From NCBI GenBank assembly GCA_002311645.1, contig DBYW01000034.1, positions 43,227 through 107,226 on the forward strand: a DNA stretch of 64,000 bases. Reading direction: 5' to 3'. Below, piece by piece: positions 7,721 through 16,115 of this stretch. Origin of the DNA: Bacteroidales bacterium UBA1176. Lineage in GTDB: Bacteria > Bacteroidota > Bacteroidia > Bacteroidales > WCHB1-69. Made by a program: the position numbers and the translations under genes. Under the pieces are notes generated by a model. That model made no database searches, had not been told where the DNA came from, and saw only the letters and a program-made list of their open reading frames with translations. Within the stretch, counting starts at the first letter, position 1. The number at the start of each line of letters is the position of its first letter.

Positions 7721-8890
7721 ATGAAAAAAACAACATTGTTGACATTTATGTTGGTGGCTTTGCAGGCAGCAGTATTTGCGCAGGCAGACAGCTGCTTCAC
7801 GTTGCACATTAGACCCTCTTATGCAGGAATACCAATTGCATTTGATCGTATTGACATTGAAAATATCACACAAGGAAACTCTTTTACAATGGGAGACACT
7901 CTTCTATCTAATTGTTCTGTGGGGATTATGGGTTATTGTATGAAAAATACATTCTCAATTTCAGATTGTTTCCCAAACCCTTTTAAAGGAAATACTTCAG
8001 TGCAAATTAAGACATTTATGTCTGGAAAAATGCATGTGGAGCTATATGATCTTACAGGAAATTTGCTTGCCGCTCACGACTTCATGTTAGACGGAGGAAC
8101 ACATTTGTTAAGCGTACATGTACACACGCAGGGGATATATTCGTTACGAGCCACATTTGGTGGACAAAGCCGGCAAATAAAGATGATTTCCACAGGAAAT
8201 ACTGATGACAGAAATCTTATCGTAATCACATCGTCTATACCATTATTGGAAGGAAAGGCTTCTTCAGAAAAATCCCAACAAGATATTTCCTTAGGCGACA
8301 AGATTAGTTTACGAATTCATTATCAAGAAAATGATCATCCCTACTCCTGTATCATTGATTCTGTATGCAGTGGTCTGTTAATCGCAGAATCACAACATCC
8401 CGATTTGGGCGAAGACCTTACATGGGATGGGTATAGTCTTGCCCATAAAAGAGTGGATTTGATAGCAAATCGTTGCTTTGCTTTATCTCTCAATTATTCT
8501 GACACGCTTATTGTCTATAAACATATATTTTTTTACGATTCCACTTTATTTGTTTCCCCAGGGAATCTTACATGCAATGGTCTTTTATCAAACTATGGAT
8601 CGCCGTATTATTACCAAGAAAACAACGAGACATCTTGGCCGTACATGGGTTGGTATAAATATGAAATAGTCTCGGCTACTGAAATTTATCCTGATGTTTC
8701 TTTCCTTACTGACGCGCAACGATTCCTTCTCCTATATACATTGGAAGGCGAATACATTGGGATTCGCGAATTGTCACCTCGACACAGTAATTTTCCAAAT
8801 GTCTTCACAATATTCTATACTGCTTATCCGCCAGGACACCCATTATATATGGCAGACTTTGCTTATATTACAGCCAAAATAACACAGTAA
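7721..8890 (+). CDS. Secreted hypothetical protein with an internal T9SS-CTD-like segment
   Basis: ORF 7625..8890 with the start moved to MKKTTLLTFMLVALQAAVFAQ (signal peptide). Residues encoded by 7952-8188 (FSISDCFPNPFKGNTSVQIKTFMSGKMHVELYDLTGNLL...GIYSLRATFGGQSRQIKMI) look like a complete Por secretion tail. About 235 more residues follow it. Confidence 0.65.
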   Translation: MKKTTLLTFMLVALQAAVFAQADSCFTLHIRPSYAGIPIAFDRIDIENITQGNSFTMGDTLLSNCSVGIMGYCMKNTFSISDCFPNPFKGNTSVQIKTFMSGKMHVELYDLTGNLLAAHDFMLDGGTHLLSVHVHTQGIYSLRATFGGQSRQIKMISTGNTDDRNLIVITSSIPLLEGKASSEKSQQDISLGDKISLRIHYQENDHPYSCIIDSVCSGLLIAESQHPDLGEDLTWDGYSLAHKRVDLIANRCFALSLNYSDTLIVYKHIFFYDSTLFVSPGNLTCNGLLSNYGSPYYYQENNETSWPYMGWYKYEIVSATEIYPDVSFLTDAQRFLLLYTLEGEYIGIRELSPRHSNFPNVFTIFYTAYPPGHPLYMADFAYITAKITQ

Positions 8891-8891
8891 A

Positions 8892-9188
8892 ATGAAAAAA
8901 AACATCAAAACTGCTTTATTAATGCCAATAGTGTTTCTGGCCATTTTACCTATATACGGGCAGAAGACAGTGCATATTTTTGACGAACAAGGGAATAAGA
9001 TTTTCTATTCATTAGATTCCTCTATGCATTTCTTTGAATTCACATCAGATGTTTTCGAGGATCAGAAAAATGATATACTCGATAGTCTTGCGACACCCAT
9101 TTTTGCCCACAAATTCTTCATATATTCCTCTGTAACAACATGTTGTGATTTTTTAAAAATTTTTGTGTCAAAGTCAGGAAGTTTTTAG
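8892..9188 (+). CDS. Small secreted hypothetical protein
   Basis: The ATG is 1 nt after the upstream stop (TAAAATG). Signal peptide MKKNIKTALLMPIVFLAILPIYGQ. No family recognised. Confidence 0.45.
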   Translation: MKKNIKTALLMPIVFLAILPIYGQKTVHIFDEQGNKIFYSLDSSMHFFEFTSDVFEDQKNDILDSLATPIFAHKFFIYSSVTTCCDFLKIFVSKSGSF

Positions 9189-9580
9189 ACCAAAGACTAA
9201 ATTTCTTAAAAGCTTGATGCTTGCCAAGTTGATGTTTTTTTCAAAAAAATGCTCAACATTTGGAATAATTCATTATTTTTTACGATCGTGATTAATCATC
9301 AAAGAGACATGATTATGGTATAATTTTGCCATTAATTTACTAAAAGTCAGTTACTTTATTAAAAAACAGAATAAAAAAGCTATCAATAAAACATATCGAC
9401 AAGTCATTAATTATGAACATATTAGAATGAATTTTTATTTTTTTTCATATATTAAACACTTTATTACAAAAATTTTTTGTTTCTTTGTTGATTTCATTTT
9501 GATTTAACTCTTTACAACCTAACCCATATTTTTCTGATAGTTATCCCATAGTTATTTATCAAACGCCATACATTAAAACT

Positions 9581-10837
9581 ATGAAAAAAATAATTTTCAC
9601 TTTCTGTCTGATGTTTATTGCGGGGGTGCTGGCGGCGCAAACAGCGCCCACGGCGAGGGGCTTCTCTTCAGCGGCAAGCACCGGCACTCACGTGAGTTTT
9701 GCTGCAGGACAGACATTCTTCGGACAGCCATCCACGGCTGATGGCTCTGTCTCTGAAGGCATCATGCACGCCCAACTCATCCGCAAAGACCTCGAATTGG
9801 CCGGTTGTCAGACCGACAATGCCGTATCGCCCAGCACGGTCTTCAACACCACCAAATTTTTCCAAGGCTACGAGGGCATACCCATCACCATCAAGGGTGT
9901 CAACTACATCGTATTCCCGGCGGGGATATACGATTCCACGACATACGACGGGCTTCATTACAATTGGGACAGCCAGTACAATTACGACAGTTTGACCACA
10001 CTTCTGCTCACCATCTACCCGGTGTACGAACTTTTCGACACCCTGTATCTGGACTCTACGGTGCTGGCCAATTATGCCTACGATGTCCTGCAACTCCCCA
10101 CCACGGAAAATCCGTTGCACGGCGGACCCAACGAGTATGATTTGCAGACTGTTAATCACGGATGTGACAGCATCATGAATTTCTATGTAAAGCTTTGCGG
10201 CGGGACACTGAAAGACATTGACGGCAACGAGTATGCATCTCTATTCATCGGCGAACATCCGTACCGCTACTGCTGGACCACTTCCAACATGCGGACCACT
10301 CTTTATCCGGATGGCAGCGACGTGCCCAACATGATTTACTATTCGAACATGCATGACAATGAGGCGGACAATTTAGAGACATACGGGCGTCTTTACACCT
10401 GGTATGCGGCCGTTAACCTTCCCGATGGCAGCACTGCGACGCCACCCACCAACACAAACGGGGGATTCGTAACGGGAGTGTGTCCTACCGGCTGGCACAT
10501 CCCTGATAGCCTCAACATGTACAGCCTCATGCTCATCGACGCGAACGATTTGCGTTCCACTGACTTATGGCTCATCAATGACGGCACTAACATTACCGGC
10601 TTCAACGCACGCCCTGCAGGTTTTTACAACTCCTTCAACCATCGCTTTGAAAACCTCCTTGGCGAGACCCATTTTTGGAGCTGCATTCCCTATGGCTCCA
10701 TTATTGCCGCAACCTGCTCTCTCTATAGCGGCTGTACCGTTTCCCAGAAAAATCTTTTCCCGAAAGACAATGCGGTAAGTGTTCGCTGCGTGAAGAATCA
10801 CGTGTATGACGCAGACGGCAACGAGTTGAATGATTAA
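9581..10837 (+). CDS. FISUMP (Fibrobacter succinogenes major paralogous) domain protein, secreted
   Basis: Signal peptide MKKIIFTFCLMFIAGVLAAQ. The C-terminal ~200 aa carry the FISUMP pattern: DIDGNEY, WTTSNM, YGRLYTWYAA, CPTGWHIPD, FNARPAGF, HFWS, SVRCVKN. Confidence 0.8.
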   Translation: MKKIIFTFCLMFIAGVLAAQTAPTARGFSSAASTGTHVSFAAGQTFFGQPSTADGSVSEGIMHAQLIRKDLELAGCQTDNAVSPSTVFNTTKFFQGYEGIPITIKGVNYIVFPAGIYDSTTYDGLHYNWDSQYNYDSLTTLLLTIYPVYELFDTLYLDSTVLANYAYDVLQLPTTENPLHGGPNEYDLQTVNHGCDSIMNFYVKLCGGTLKDIDGNEYASLFIGEHPYRYCWTTSNMRTTLYPDGSDVPNMIYYSNMHDNEADNLETYGRLYTWYAAVNLPDGSTATPPTNTNGGFVTGVCPTGWHIPDSLNMYSLMLIDANDLRSTDLWLINDGTNITGFNARPAGFYNSFNHRFENLLGETHFWSCIPYGSIIAATCSLYSGCTVSQKNLFPKDNAVSVRCVKNHVYDADGNELND

Positions 10838-10898
10838 CATACATTTATATAATAGCATAAACATTAAAATTGAAATATAAATTAAAAACAATCTTATT

Positions 10899-13800
10899 AT
10901 GAAAAAAATCCTATTCCTTATTTTGGCAGTGCTGACAACGATGTTGGCCATGGCCCAGACGCCGGCCAAGATCAGTTATCAGGCTGTTGTGCGTGATGCC
11001 AACAACCGACTGCTGACCAACAGCGCAGTCGATGTACAGTTTCAGATACTGAACGCCTCCAGCGCAGTGCTTTATGACGAAACACACGCCAGCGTGAACA
11101 CCAATGCCAACGGTCTTTTTTCTTTATTTGTAGGTGACGGAACCCCGGCTTCCGGCACTTATTCCGCAGACGTATGGCGGAACGCCACGCAAATCCGCAC
11201 GGTGGTCACTTACAGTGGGGCCACTTTGGAAGACGTCACTGTCCCCCTAACAGCAGTTCCTTCCGCACTGTATGCCTTAGACCTTGATCCCACAAGTGTG
11301 GTTTACACCACTATCCGCAACGACAGTCTGGTATTGGCAACCGCCATCAACGACTTGGGTGACAAGGTGAAGGCCGACAGCACGGTGCTGCACGATGCGT
11401 TGATTGACACCGCCGCCGCCATCCGCAGCGAGATTCCTGTCGTGAATGACGGCACGCTCACCATCCAGATAAACGGCACAGATGCGGGTTCCTTCACGGC
11501 CAACCAAGGCACGGCTGAAGTCATCAACATTGATGTGCCCGCCGCACAGGTGAACGCCGACTGGGACGCCACGAGTGGTGCAGCAGAGATACTGAACAAA
11601 CCCGACCTGACCGTTTACGCCACTTTGACAAAACTCAACCAAGACAGTACTGCCCTCGGAGCTCTGATTGACAAAAACAAGCAGGCCATTATCGATACCG
11701 CCGCCGCCATCCGCAGCGAGATTCCCGTCGTGAATGACGGCACGCTCACCATCCAGATAAACGGCACGGATGCGGGCTCCTTCACCGCCAACCAAGGCAC
11801 GGCCGAGAACATCAACATCACCGTTCCGACGACTGTGGCCGAGCTCACTGATGCAGGCGACTATGCCTTGAAGGCTGGAAACAACCTGTTCACCGGAGAC
11901 AACGACTTCACCGGGGCCGTCACTGTGCCCAATGCCATCACGGACCTGCAGACCACATTGGCCAACCCGTGCACCCAGAACGCCGTGAATGTCTGCGACC
12001 TCCTCGCGGTGTTTGACAGTCTGGAGCGCCGAATTGCAAAACTTGAAACTGTCATCGGCACGGTTCTGGACAACTCGTCCACGCCCACCGTCATCACCTC
12101 TCCCGTCTCGGGAGTGTCAGCCACGGAGGCCATAGTCGGCGGCGAGCTGATTTCCGCGGGCACCGCCACCATCAGCGAGCGCGGCATTTGCCACAACACC
12201 ACCGGAACGCCTACCATCAGCGACACCAAGGTTGCCGTTTCCGGCACAGGCACGGGCGAATACACATCCACCCTCACCGGAATCATGGCCGGCACGACCT
12301 ATTATATCCGGGCCTACGTGACCACCACCGACAACAACACCTATTATGGAGAGGAGGTCACCTTCAACACGCTCCAGCCGACACTCACTGTCGTGTCAGA
12401 TACGACAAGTCCATTGGCCGTTTGCAGTGCTATGGACATCACCTTTACCGCCTCGATGACCAATGACGATCTTTCCCACTATTCTTTGAAGTGGTATGTG
12501 AACGATGCGGAACAGACCGGCGAAACCAACCCGACTTTCATCTTCAACCCAACCGCCACGAACAGATATATTATCAAATGTGAGGCCACCCGCATAGGTG
12601 CTACGGTAAACGGAAGTGACACTATGAACATCACGTTATACACCAGCCCCAGCATGACCTTGACGCGCCTTGAAGGCAATGCCGGCGATGATTTCGGCAA
12701 AGTGGAGATTTCCGACGTGATATGCGTGGCTTCTGCAGTATGGCTGCTTAACGGCGACTCGGTGGGCAACTGGACTTCGGGGAAAACCGCTATCCTGCCC
12801 ACGGGCACCTACACGGTCAACATCACGGGCACTCCCGGTTGCGGCACTGCAACCCAGACCGTTACCATCCGCACCAGCCCGGTATGCAGATCCTCTTTCT
12901 CCGTCGACAACCCGAATGAGACATTCTATACTCTTGCGGGCACAAGGTATGTGCAAACCATCAAGGACCACGAGAATAATGTATACAATGTGGCGCAAAT
13001 CGGAACCCGTTGCTGGACCCGCGAGAACATGCGCGCCACGACCTCGCCTTCCACTGGAAGATATTTCATATTGAATAATATAGCCATAAGGAATGAAGCC
13101 TCTAAGGCTGCTGTTTGGCCCAATTATGACTCCACGAGCGCCGTAACCACAAAATGGGGTGCGCAGTACAACTGGCAGGCTATGGTTGATGTCTATAACC
13201 CCAACTACGCTGAAGTTTGTAACACGAAACTACCTACGGATGTTCAAGTGCCTCATATCACCCATCCTCGTCGTGGTGTTTGCCCCGAAGGTTGGCATCT
13301 TCCTCAAAATGCCGACTTTGCAGATTTACGTACCAATTTTAATCAACAGGGACAATGGGCAGGAAATAATGCCGATGGAACAAATAGTTGGAGATCTGCA
13401 AATGGTAATTCTCCTGGTAATGTCAATTATGCTGATCGTAATGTATCAGGTTGGTCTGCTTTGCCAGCAGGAATGGACTGTAGAGACAATCAAAAGGAAT
13501 ATGCTATCTTTTGGTCTGGAACGGAGTATGGTGCGGCTTCTCAGAATTGGCGCGGATACCTTTATGCCATTCAATACAATTACGCTGCACAAGGTTGGGT
13601 AACACAAGACTTGTGGCATCATGAACTTTGTGCTGTTCGGTGTCTCCGCGACACGAAGGCCTCTCTGAACTTGTCAGTAAACCAGCCCTCCCCTGTCATA
13701 CCTGGTTCCCCCGTTACCTATACAGCCAGTATTGTAAACGGTGATGCTTCTGCTTATACTTTAACTTGGAAAGTGAATGATGTTGTTCAAAGTGGAGAGA

Positions 13801-14504
13801 CCTCTTCCACATTTACCACGAGTTTTACTAACAATGGTAACTATACGGTTACTTGTGAAGCAACTGATGGAACAAGTAACTTAAGTCAATGGATTAACAC
13901 CTCCATCCACGTCACCCCTGTGATTTCCACGAGTACAACTACGAATGTCACCTGCAACAGTGCCAAGGTGGATGCCAGTGTCACAGGATACCCCATTGTC
14001 GAGCGCGGAATTTGTTACAGCACAACGGCCAATCCTAACCCAAATACAAATACAAGGAAACCCTCCGGTTCGGGCGAAGGCAACTACACGTTCTCGATGA
14101 CCGGACTCGCCTCGAATACTACCTACTATGTGCGTGCTTATTGCATCAGTAGCGCGGGTATTACCTATGGCAATGAAATGAGTTTCACCACTGCGTCAAC
14201 CTCCACTCCGACTGTAACAACTGGCTCGGCGACGGATATTACAAGCACAGGAGCCACAGTAGGAGGCAATGTCACAGACGCAGGTTGCCCTGTTATCACC
14301 GCCCGCGGTGTTTGCTACAGCACCTCCAACACCACTCCTACCATTTCTGACACTAAGAAAGCTGCCGCATCAGCAAGCACTGGCGAATACACAGTATCAT
14401 TAACTGATCTAACCGCAGGCACCACTTATTACGTACGTGCTTACGCCACCAATAGTGCAGGAACGGTTTATGGTGATGTGATTACAATTACCACACTTCC
14501 GTAA
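10899..14504 (+). CDS. Large modular surface protein: tail-fibre-like N-terminus, duplicated 96-aa segment, Ig/FN3-like modules flanking an embedded FISUMP domain
   Basis: Signal peptide MKKILFLILAVLTTMLAMAQ. The duplicated segment reads LIDTAAAIRSEIPVVNDGTLTIQINGTDAGSFTANQGTAE. The FISUMP pattern is IGTRCWTRENM, WGAQYNWQA, CPEGWHLPQ, WSALPAGM, FWSGTEY, AVRCLRD. Three related modules end in TTYY(I/V)RAY...YG, and two related modules read Y(S/T)L(K/T)W(Y/K)VND. Confidence 0.85.
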   Translation: MKKILFLILAVLTTMLAMAQTPAKISYQAVVRDANNRLLTNSAVDVQFQILNASSAVLYDETHASVNTNANGLFSLFVGDGTPASGTYSADVWRNATQIRTVVTYSGATLEDVTVPLTAVPSALYALDLDPTSVVYTTIRNDSLVLATAINDLGDKVKADSTVLHDALIDTAAAIRSEIPVVNDGTLTIQINGTDAGSFTANQGTAEVINIDVPAAQVNADWDATSGAAEILNKPDLTVYATLTKLNQDSTALGALIDKNKQAIIDTAAAIRSEIPVVNDGTLTIQINGTDAGSFTANQGTAENINITVPTTVAELTDAGDYALKAGNNLFTGDNDFTGAVTVPNAITDLQTTLANPCTQNAVNVCDLLAVFDSLERRIAKLETVIGTVLDNSSTPTVITSPVSGVSATEAIVGGELISAGTATISERGICHNTTGTPTISDTKVAVSGTGTGEYTSTLTGIMAGTTYYIRAYVTTTDNNTYYGEEVTFNTLQPTLTVVSDTTSPLAVCSAMDITFTASMTNDDLSHYSLKWYVNDAEQTGETNPTFIFNPTATNRYIIKCEATRIGATVNGSDTMNITLYTSPSMTLTRLEGNAGDDFGKVEISDVICVASAVWLLNGDSVGNWTSGKTAILPTGTYTVNITGTPGCGTATQTVTIRTSPVCRSSFSVDNPNETFYTLAGTRYVQTIKDHENNVYNVAQIGTRCWTRENMRATTSPSTGRYFILNNIAIRNEASKAAVWPNYDSTSAVTTKWGAQYNWQAMVDVYNPNYAEVCNTKLPTDVQVPHITHPRRGVCPEGWHLPQNADFADLRTNFNQQGQWAGNNADGTNSWRSANGNSPGNVNYADRNVSGWSALPAGMDCRDNQKEYAIFWSGTEYGAASQNWRGYLYAIQYNYAAQGWVTQDLWHHELCAVRCLRDTKASLNLSVNQPSPVIPGSPVTYTASIVNGDASAYTLTWKVNDVVQSGETSSTFTTSFTNNGNYTVTCEATDGTSNLSQWINTSIHVTPVISTSTTTNVTCNSAKVDASVTGYPIVERGICYSTTANPNPNTNTRKPSGSGEGNYTFSMTGLASNTTYYVRAYCISSAGITYGNEMSFTTASTSTPTVTTGSATDITSTGATVGGNVTDAGCPVITARGVCYSTSNTTPTISDTKKAAASASTGEYTVSLTDLTAGTTYYVRAYATNSAGTVYGDVITITTLP
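11403..11808 (+). repeat. In-frame 288-bp-register duplication (copies 11403-11520 and 11691-11808)
   Basis: The two ~118-nt stretches are nearly identical by eye and differ only at a few mostly synonymous positions. The offset is 288 nt (96 codons). Confidence 0.85.
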
Positions 14505-14531
14505 AACATCTCGCAGACCACATAATACCAA

Positions 14532-14564
14532 GAGGTCGCCCAAAACGGACGACCTCTTTTTTTT
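14532..14564 (+). terminator. Rho-independent terminator after the 1201-aa gene
   Basis: GAGGTCGcccaaaacggaCGACCTC is followed by TTTTTTTT, 28 nt after the stop at 14504. Confidence 0.7.
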
Positions 14565-14576
14565 GATAATAAACCG

Positions 14577-14627
14577 TAGACTTTAGACCTTATAGTTCAT
14601 AGCCATAGTTCATAGCCAATAGCCAAC
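14577..14627. repeat. TAG-initiated short tandem words (TAGACTT TAGACCT .. TAGTTCA TAGCCA TAGTTCA TAGCCAA TAGCCAA)
   Basis: TAG occurs at 14577, 14584, 14593, 14600, 14606, 14613 and 14620, covering all three plus-strand frames. The last 15 nt (TAGCCAATAGCCAAC, 14613-14627) are identical to 58680-58694. Confidence 0.7.
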
Positions 14628-14631
14628 GTCA

Positions 14632-15237
14632 CTACTCCTTTTTCGGCAGTCTTTCGCGGACTTCTGCCAGAAATTCATCCACGTCAATGCCGAGGGTTTG
14701 GGCTTCCTGCACGAGCGTGGCTTCCTCTTCGGGGGTGATGACACCGTCTTCGATAATGGCCGCCACCTTGGTGTCCAGATCGTGGAGCAAATCCACCTTA
14801 TCCTTGGGGGCTTCTGCTGACTCCTGAAGCTTCTTGCCCGCCTTGATCAGCACCGGGAGGTTGGCCAGCGTGCCGAGCTTCTCGAGCGCCTTGCCACTCA
14901 TCTCTTTCGCCTTGTCAGCCGCATCACCCACCTTTTCAGCCAATTTGCTGTCCTTGATGTCCTCAACCATATCCTTGGCCTTGTCGCGGACATTTCCTGC
15001 AACATCCGTCACCTTTTCGGCAAACTCAGAGTTTTTGATGTCCTCGACCATATCCTTGGCCTTGTCGCGGACATTTCCCGCGGCATCCGTCACCTTTTCG
15101 GCAAATTCAGAGTTCTTGACATCTTCTACAGTGTCTTTCGCTTTCTCAGCGACTTTTTTTGAAGTGCTTTTGAACAAATCCAGGAATTTCTGGGAAAAAC
15201 TTTTCTTTTCGGAATTTGAATCACAATTTTCAGCCAT
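14632..15237 (-). CDS. Acidic/basic helical repeat protein (27-aa tandem repeats) with a TerB/DjlA-like C-terminal helix pair (weak)
   Basis: ORF track. The unit DIKNSEFAEKVTDVAGNVRDKAKDMVE repeats with an 81-bp period (14956-15117 on the plus strand). There is no signal peptide. Confidence 0.7.
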   Translation of the reverse strand: MAENCDSNSEKKSFSQKFLDLFKSTSKKVAEKAKDTVEDVKNSEFAEKVTDAAGNVRDKAKDMVEDIKNSEFAEKVTDVAGNVRDKAKDMVEDIKDSKLAEKVGDAADKAKEMSGKALEKLGTLANLPVLIKAGKKLQESAEAPKDKVDLLHDLDTKVAAIIEDGVITPEEEATLVQEAQTLGIDVDEFLAEVRERLPKKE

Positions 15238-15335
15238 GATTTTAAAGTTTAAATTAGAATTAGAAAAAGCAAAGATACATTTTTTTCAACTATGTTGGTG
15301 ATGAAAAAGTTTGTGAAGATATAGGACAAAATGTG

Positions 15336-15343
15336 TACCTTTG
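15336..15343 (+). promoter_or_regulatory. Bacteroidetes -7 box TACCTTTG for the acyltransferase/ATP-grasp operon
   Basis: Matches TAnnTTTG, 22 nt before the ATG at 15366. The extended string TGTACCTTTGCCGC is identical to that at 42205-42218 upstream of rluB. Confidence 0.45.
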
Positions 15344-15365
15344 CCGCGTTTTCTTTTCTGAATCT

Positions 15366-16109
15366 ATGTCCTATCTCAGACTGATACTACGCTTCCTCCG
15401 GTGCAACATCCTCCAGACGCTCCGCATCAACTTCAAGATGCTGCCCTGGCGGCAAGCCGTTCATCTACCCATTTTCGTCTATGGCCGTTTCAAACTCCGC
15501 GGCGCCCGCGGGCGTATCGTCCTCCAGCAGAAGGCAGAAGCCGAGATGATCATCATCGGCAAGAGGGACTACTACGTGGCCACCGCCATTCCCCAGAGCA
15601 TTTGGACCATCAACGGCACCCTCACTTTCGCCGGGCGGATGAAGTTCGCCCATGGCTCCTACCTGCTCGTGGCCGACGGCGCCGAACTCTCCTTCGGCAC
15701 GGGCGGCACCTACTGCGGCACCAACTTCAAGGTGATGTGCTTCGAGAAAATCACCATCGGCCACAACGTGCGCATGGCCTGGGACGTGCAGATTATGGAC
15801 AGCAGCTTCCACTATATCCAACTGATAGAGAAGGATAACGCCATACCTCCTCTGACGAAACCCGTGCTGCTGGCCGGCAACATCTGGATCGGCAACCGCA
15901 CCACCATTGCCAAGGGCGCACAGGTGCCCCAAGAGGTGATTATCGCCTCCAACAGCTTAGTGAACAAGGACTTCTCTTCTTTAGAGCCCTACTCACTCCT
16001 TGCCGGCGCACCCGCCACCCTCAAGGCCACCGGCATCCGACGCATCTGGGACGAGGAACAGCAAAGAGCGCTGGACCAACAATATCATTATCATAGAACC
16101 CACCTGTAA
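15366..16109 (+). CDS. Hexapeptide-repeat (left-handed beta-helix) acyl/acetyltransferase
   Basis: ORF 15333..16109 with the start moved to MSYLRL. Hexapeptide-like repeats: ITIGHNVRMAWDVQIMD, IWIGNRTTIAKGAQVPQEVIIASNSLV. Confidence 0.8.
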   Translation: MSYLRLILRFLRCNILQTLRINFKMLPWRQAVHLPIFVYGRFKLRGARGRIVLQQKAEAEMIIIGKRDYYVATAIPQSIWTINGTLTFAGRMKFAHGSYLLVADGAELSFGTGGTYCGTNFKVMCFEKITIGHNVRMAWDVQIMDSSFHYIQLIEKDNAIPPLTKPVLLAGNIWIGNRTTIAKGAQVPQEVIIASNSLVNKDFSSLEPYSLLAGAPATLKATGIRRIWDEEQQRALDQQYHYHRTHL

Positions 16110-16115
16110 AACAAC

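Noticed and set aside
9289-9298. Perfect 10-bp palindrome TGATTAATCA in the 390-bp AT-rich gap upstream of the 418-aa FISUMP gene
   Set aside because: It is too short and AT-rich to distinguish from chance in this context. There is no second copy in the window.
9581-14504. Diversity-generating retroelement targeting the FISUMP (C-type-lectin-like) domains
   Set aside because: FISUMP/CLec folds are common DGR targets, but there is no reverse transcriptase ORF in the window. I also could not find a template/variable repeat pair: the two FISUMP-coding regions are not similar at the DNA level, and no adenine-specific mismatch pattern was seen.
1-14504. Annotating the mosaic surface-protein island as a mobile element or prophage
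   Set aside because: No integrase, transposase, tRNA attachment site, flanking direct repeats or phage structural genes are visible. Compositional mosaicism alone is insufficient.
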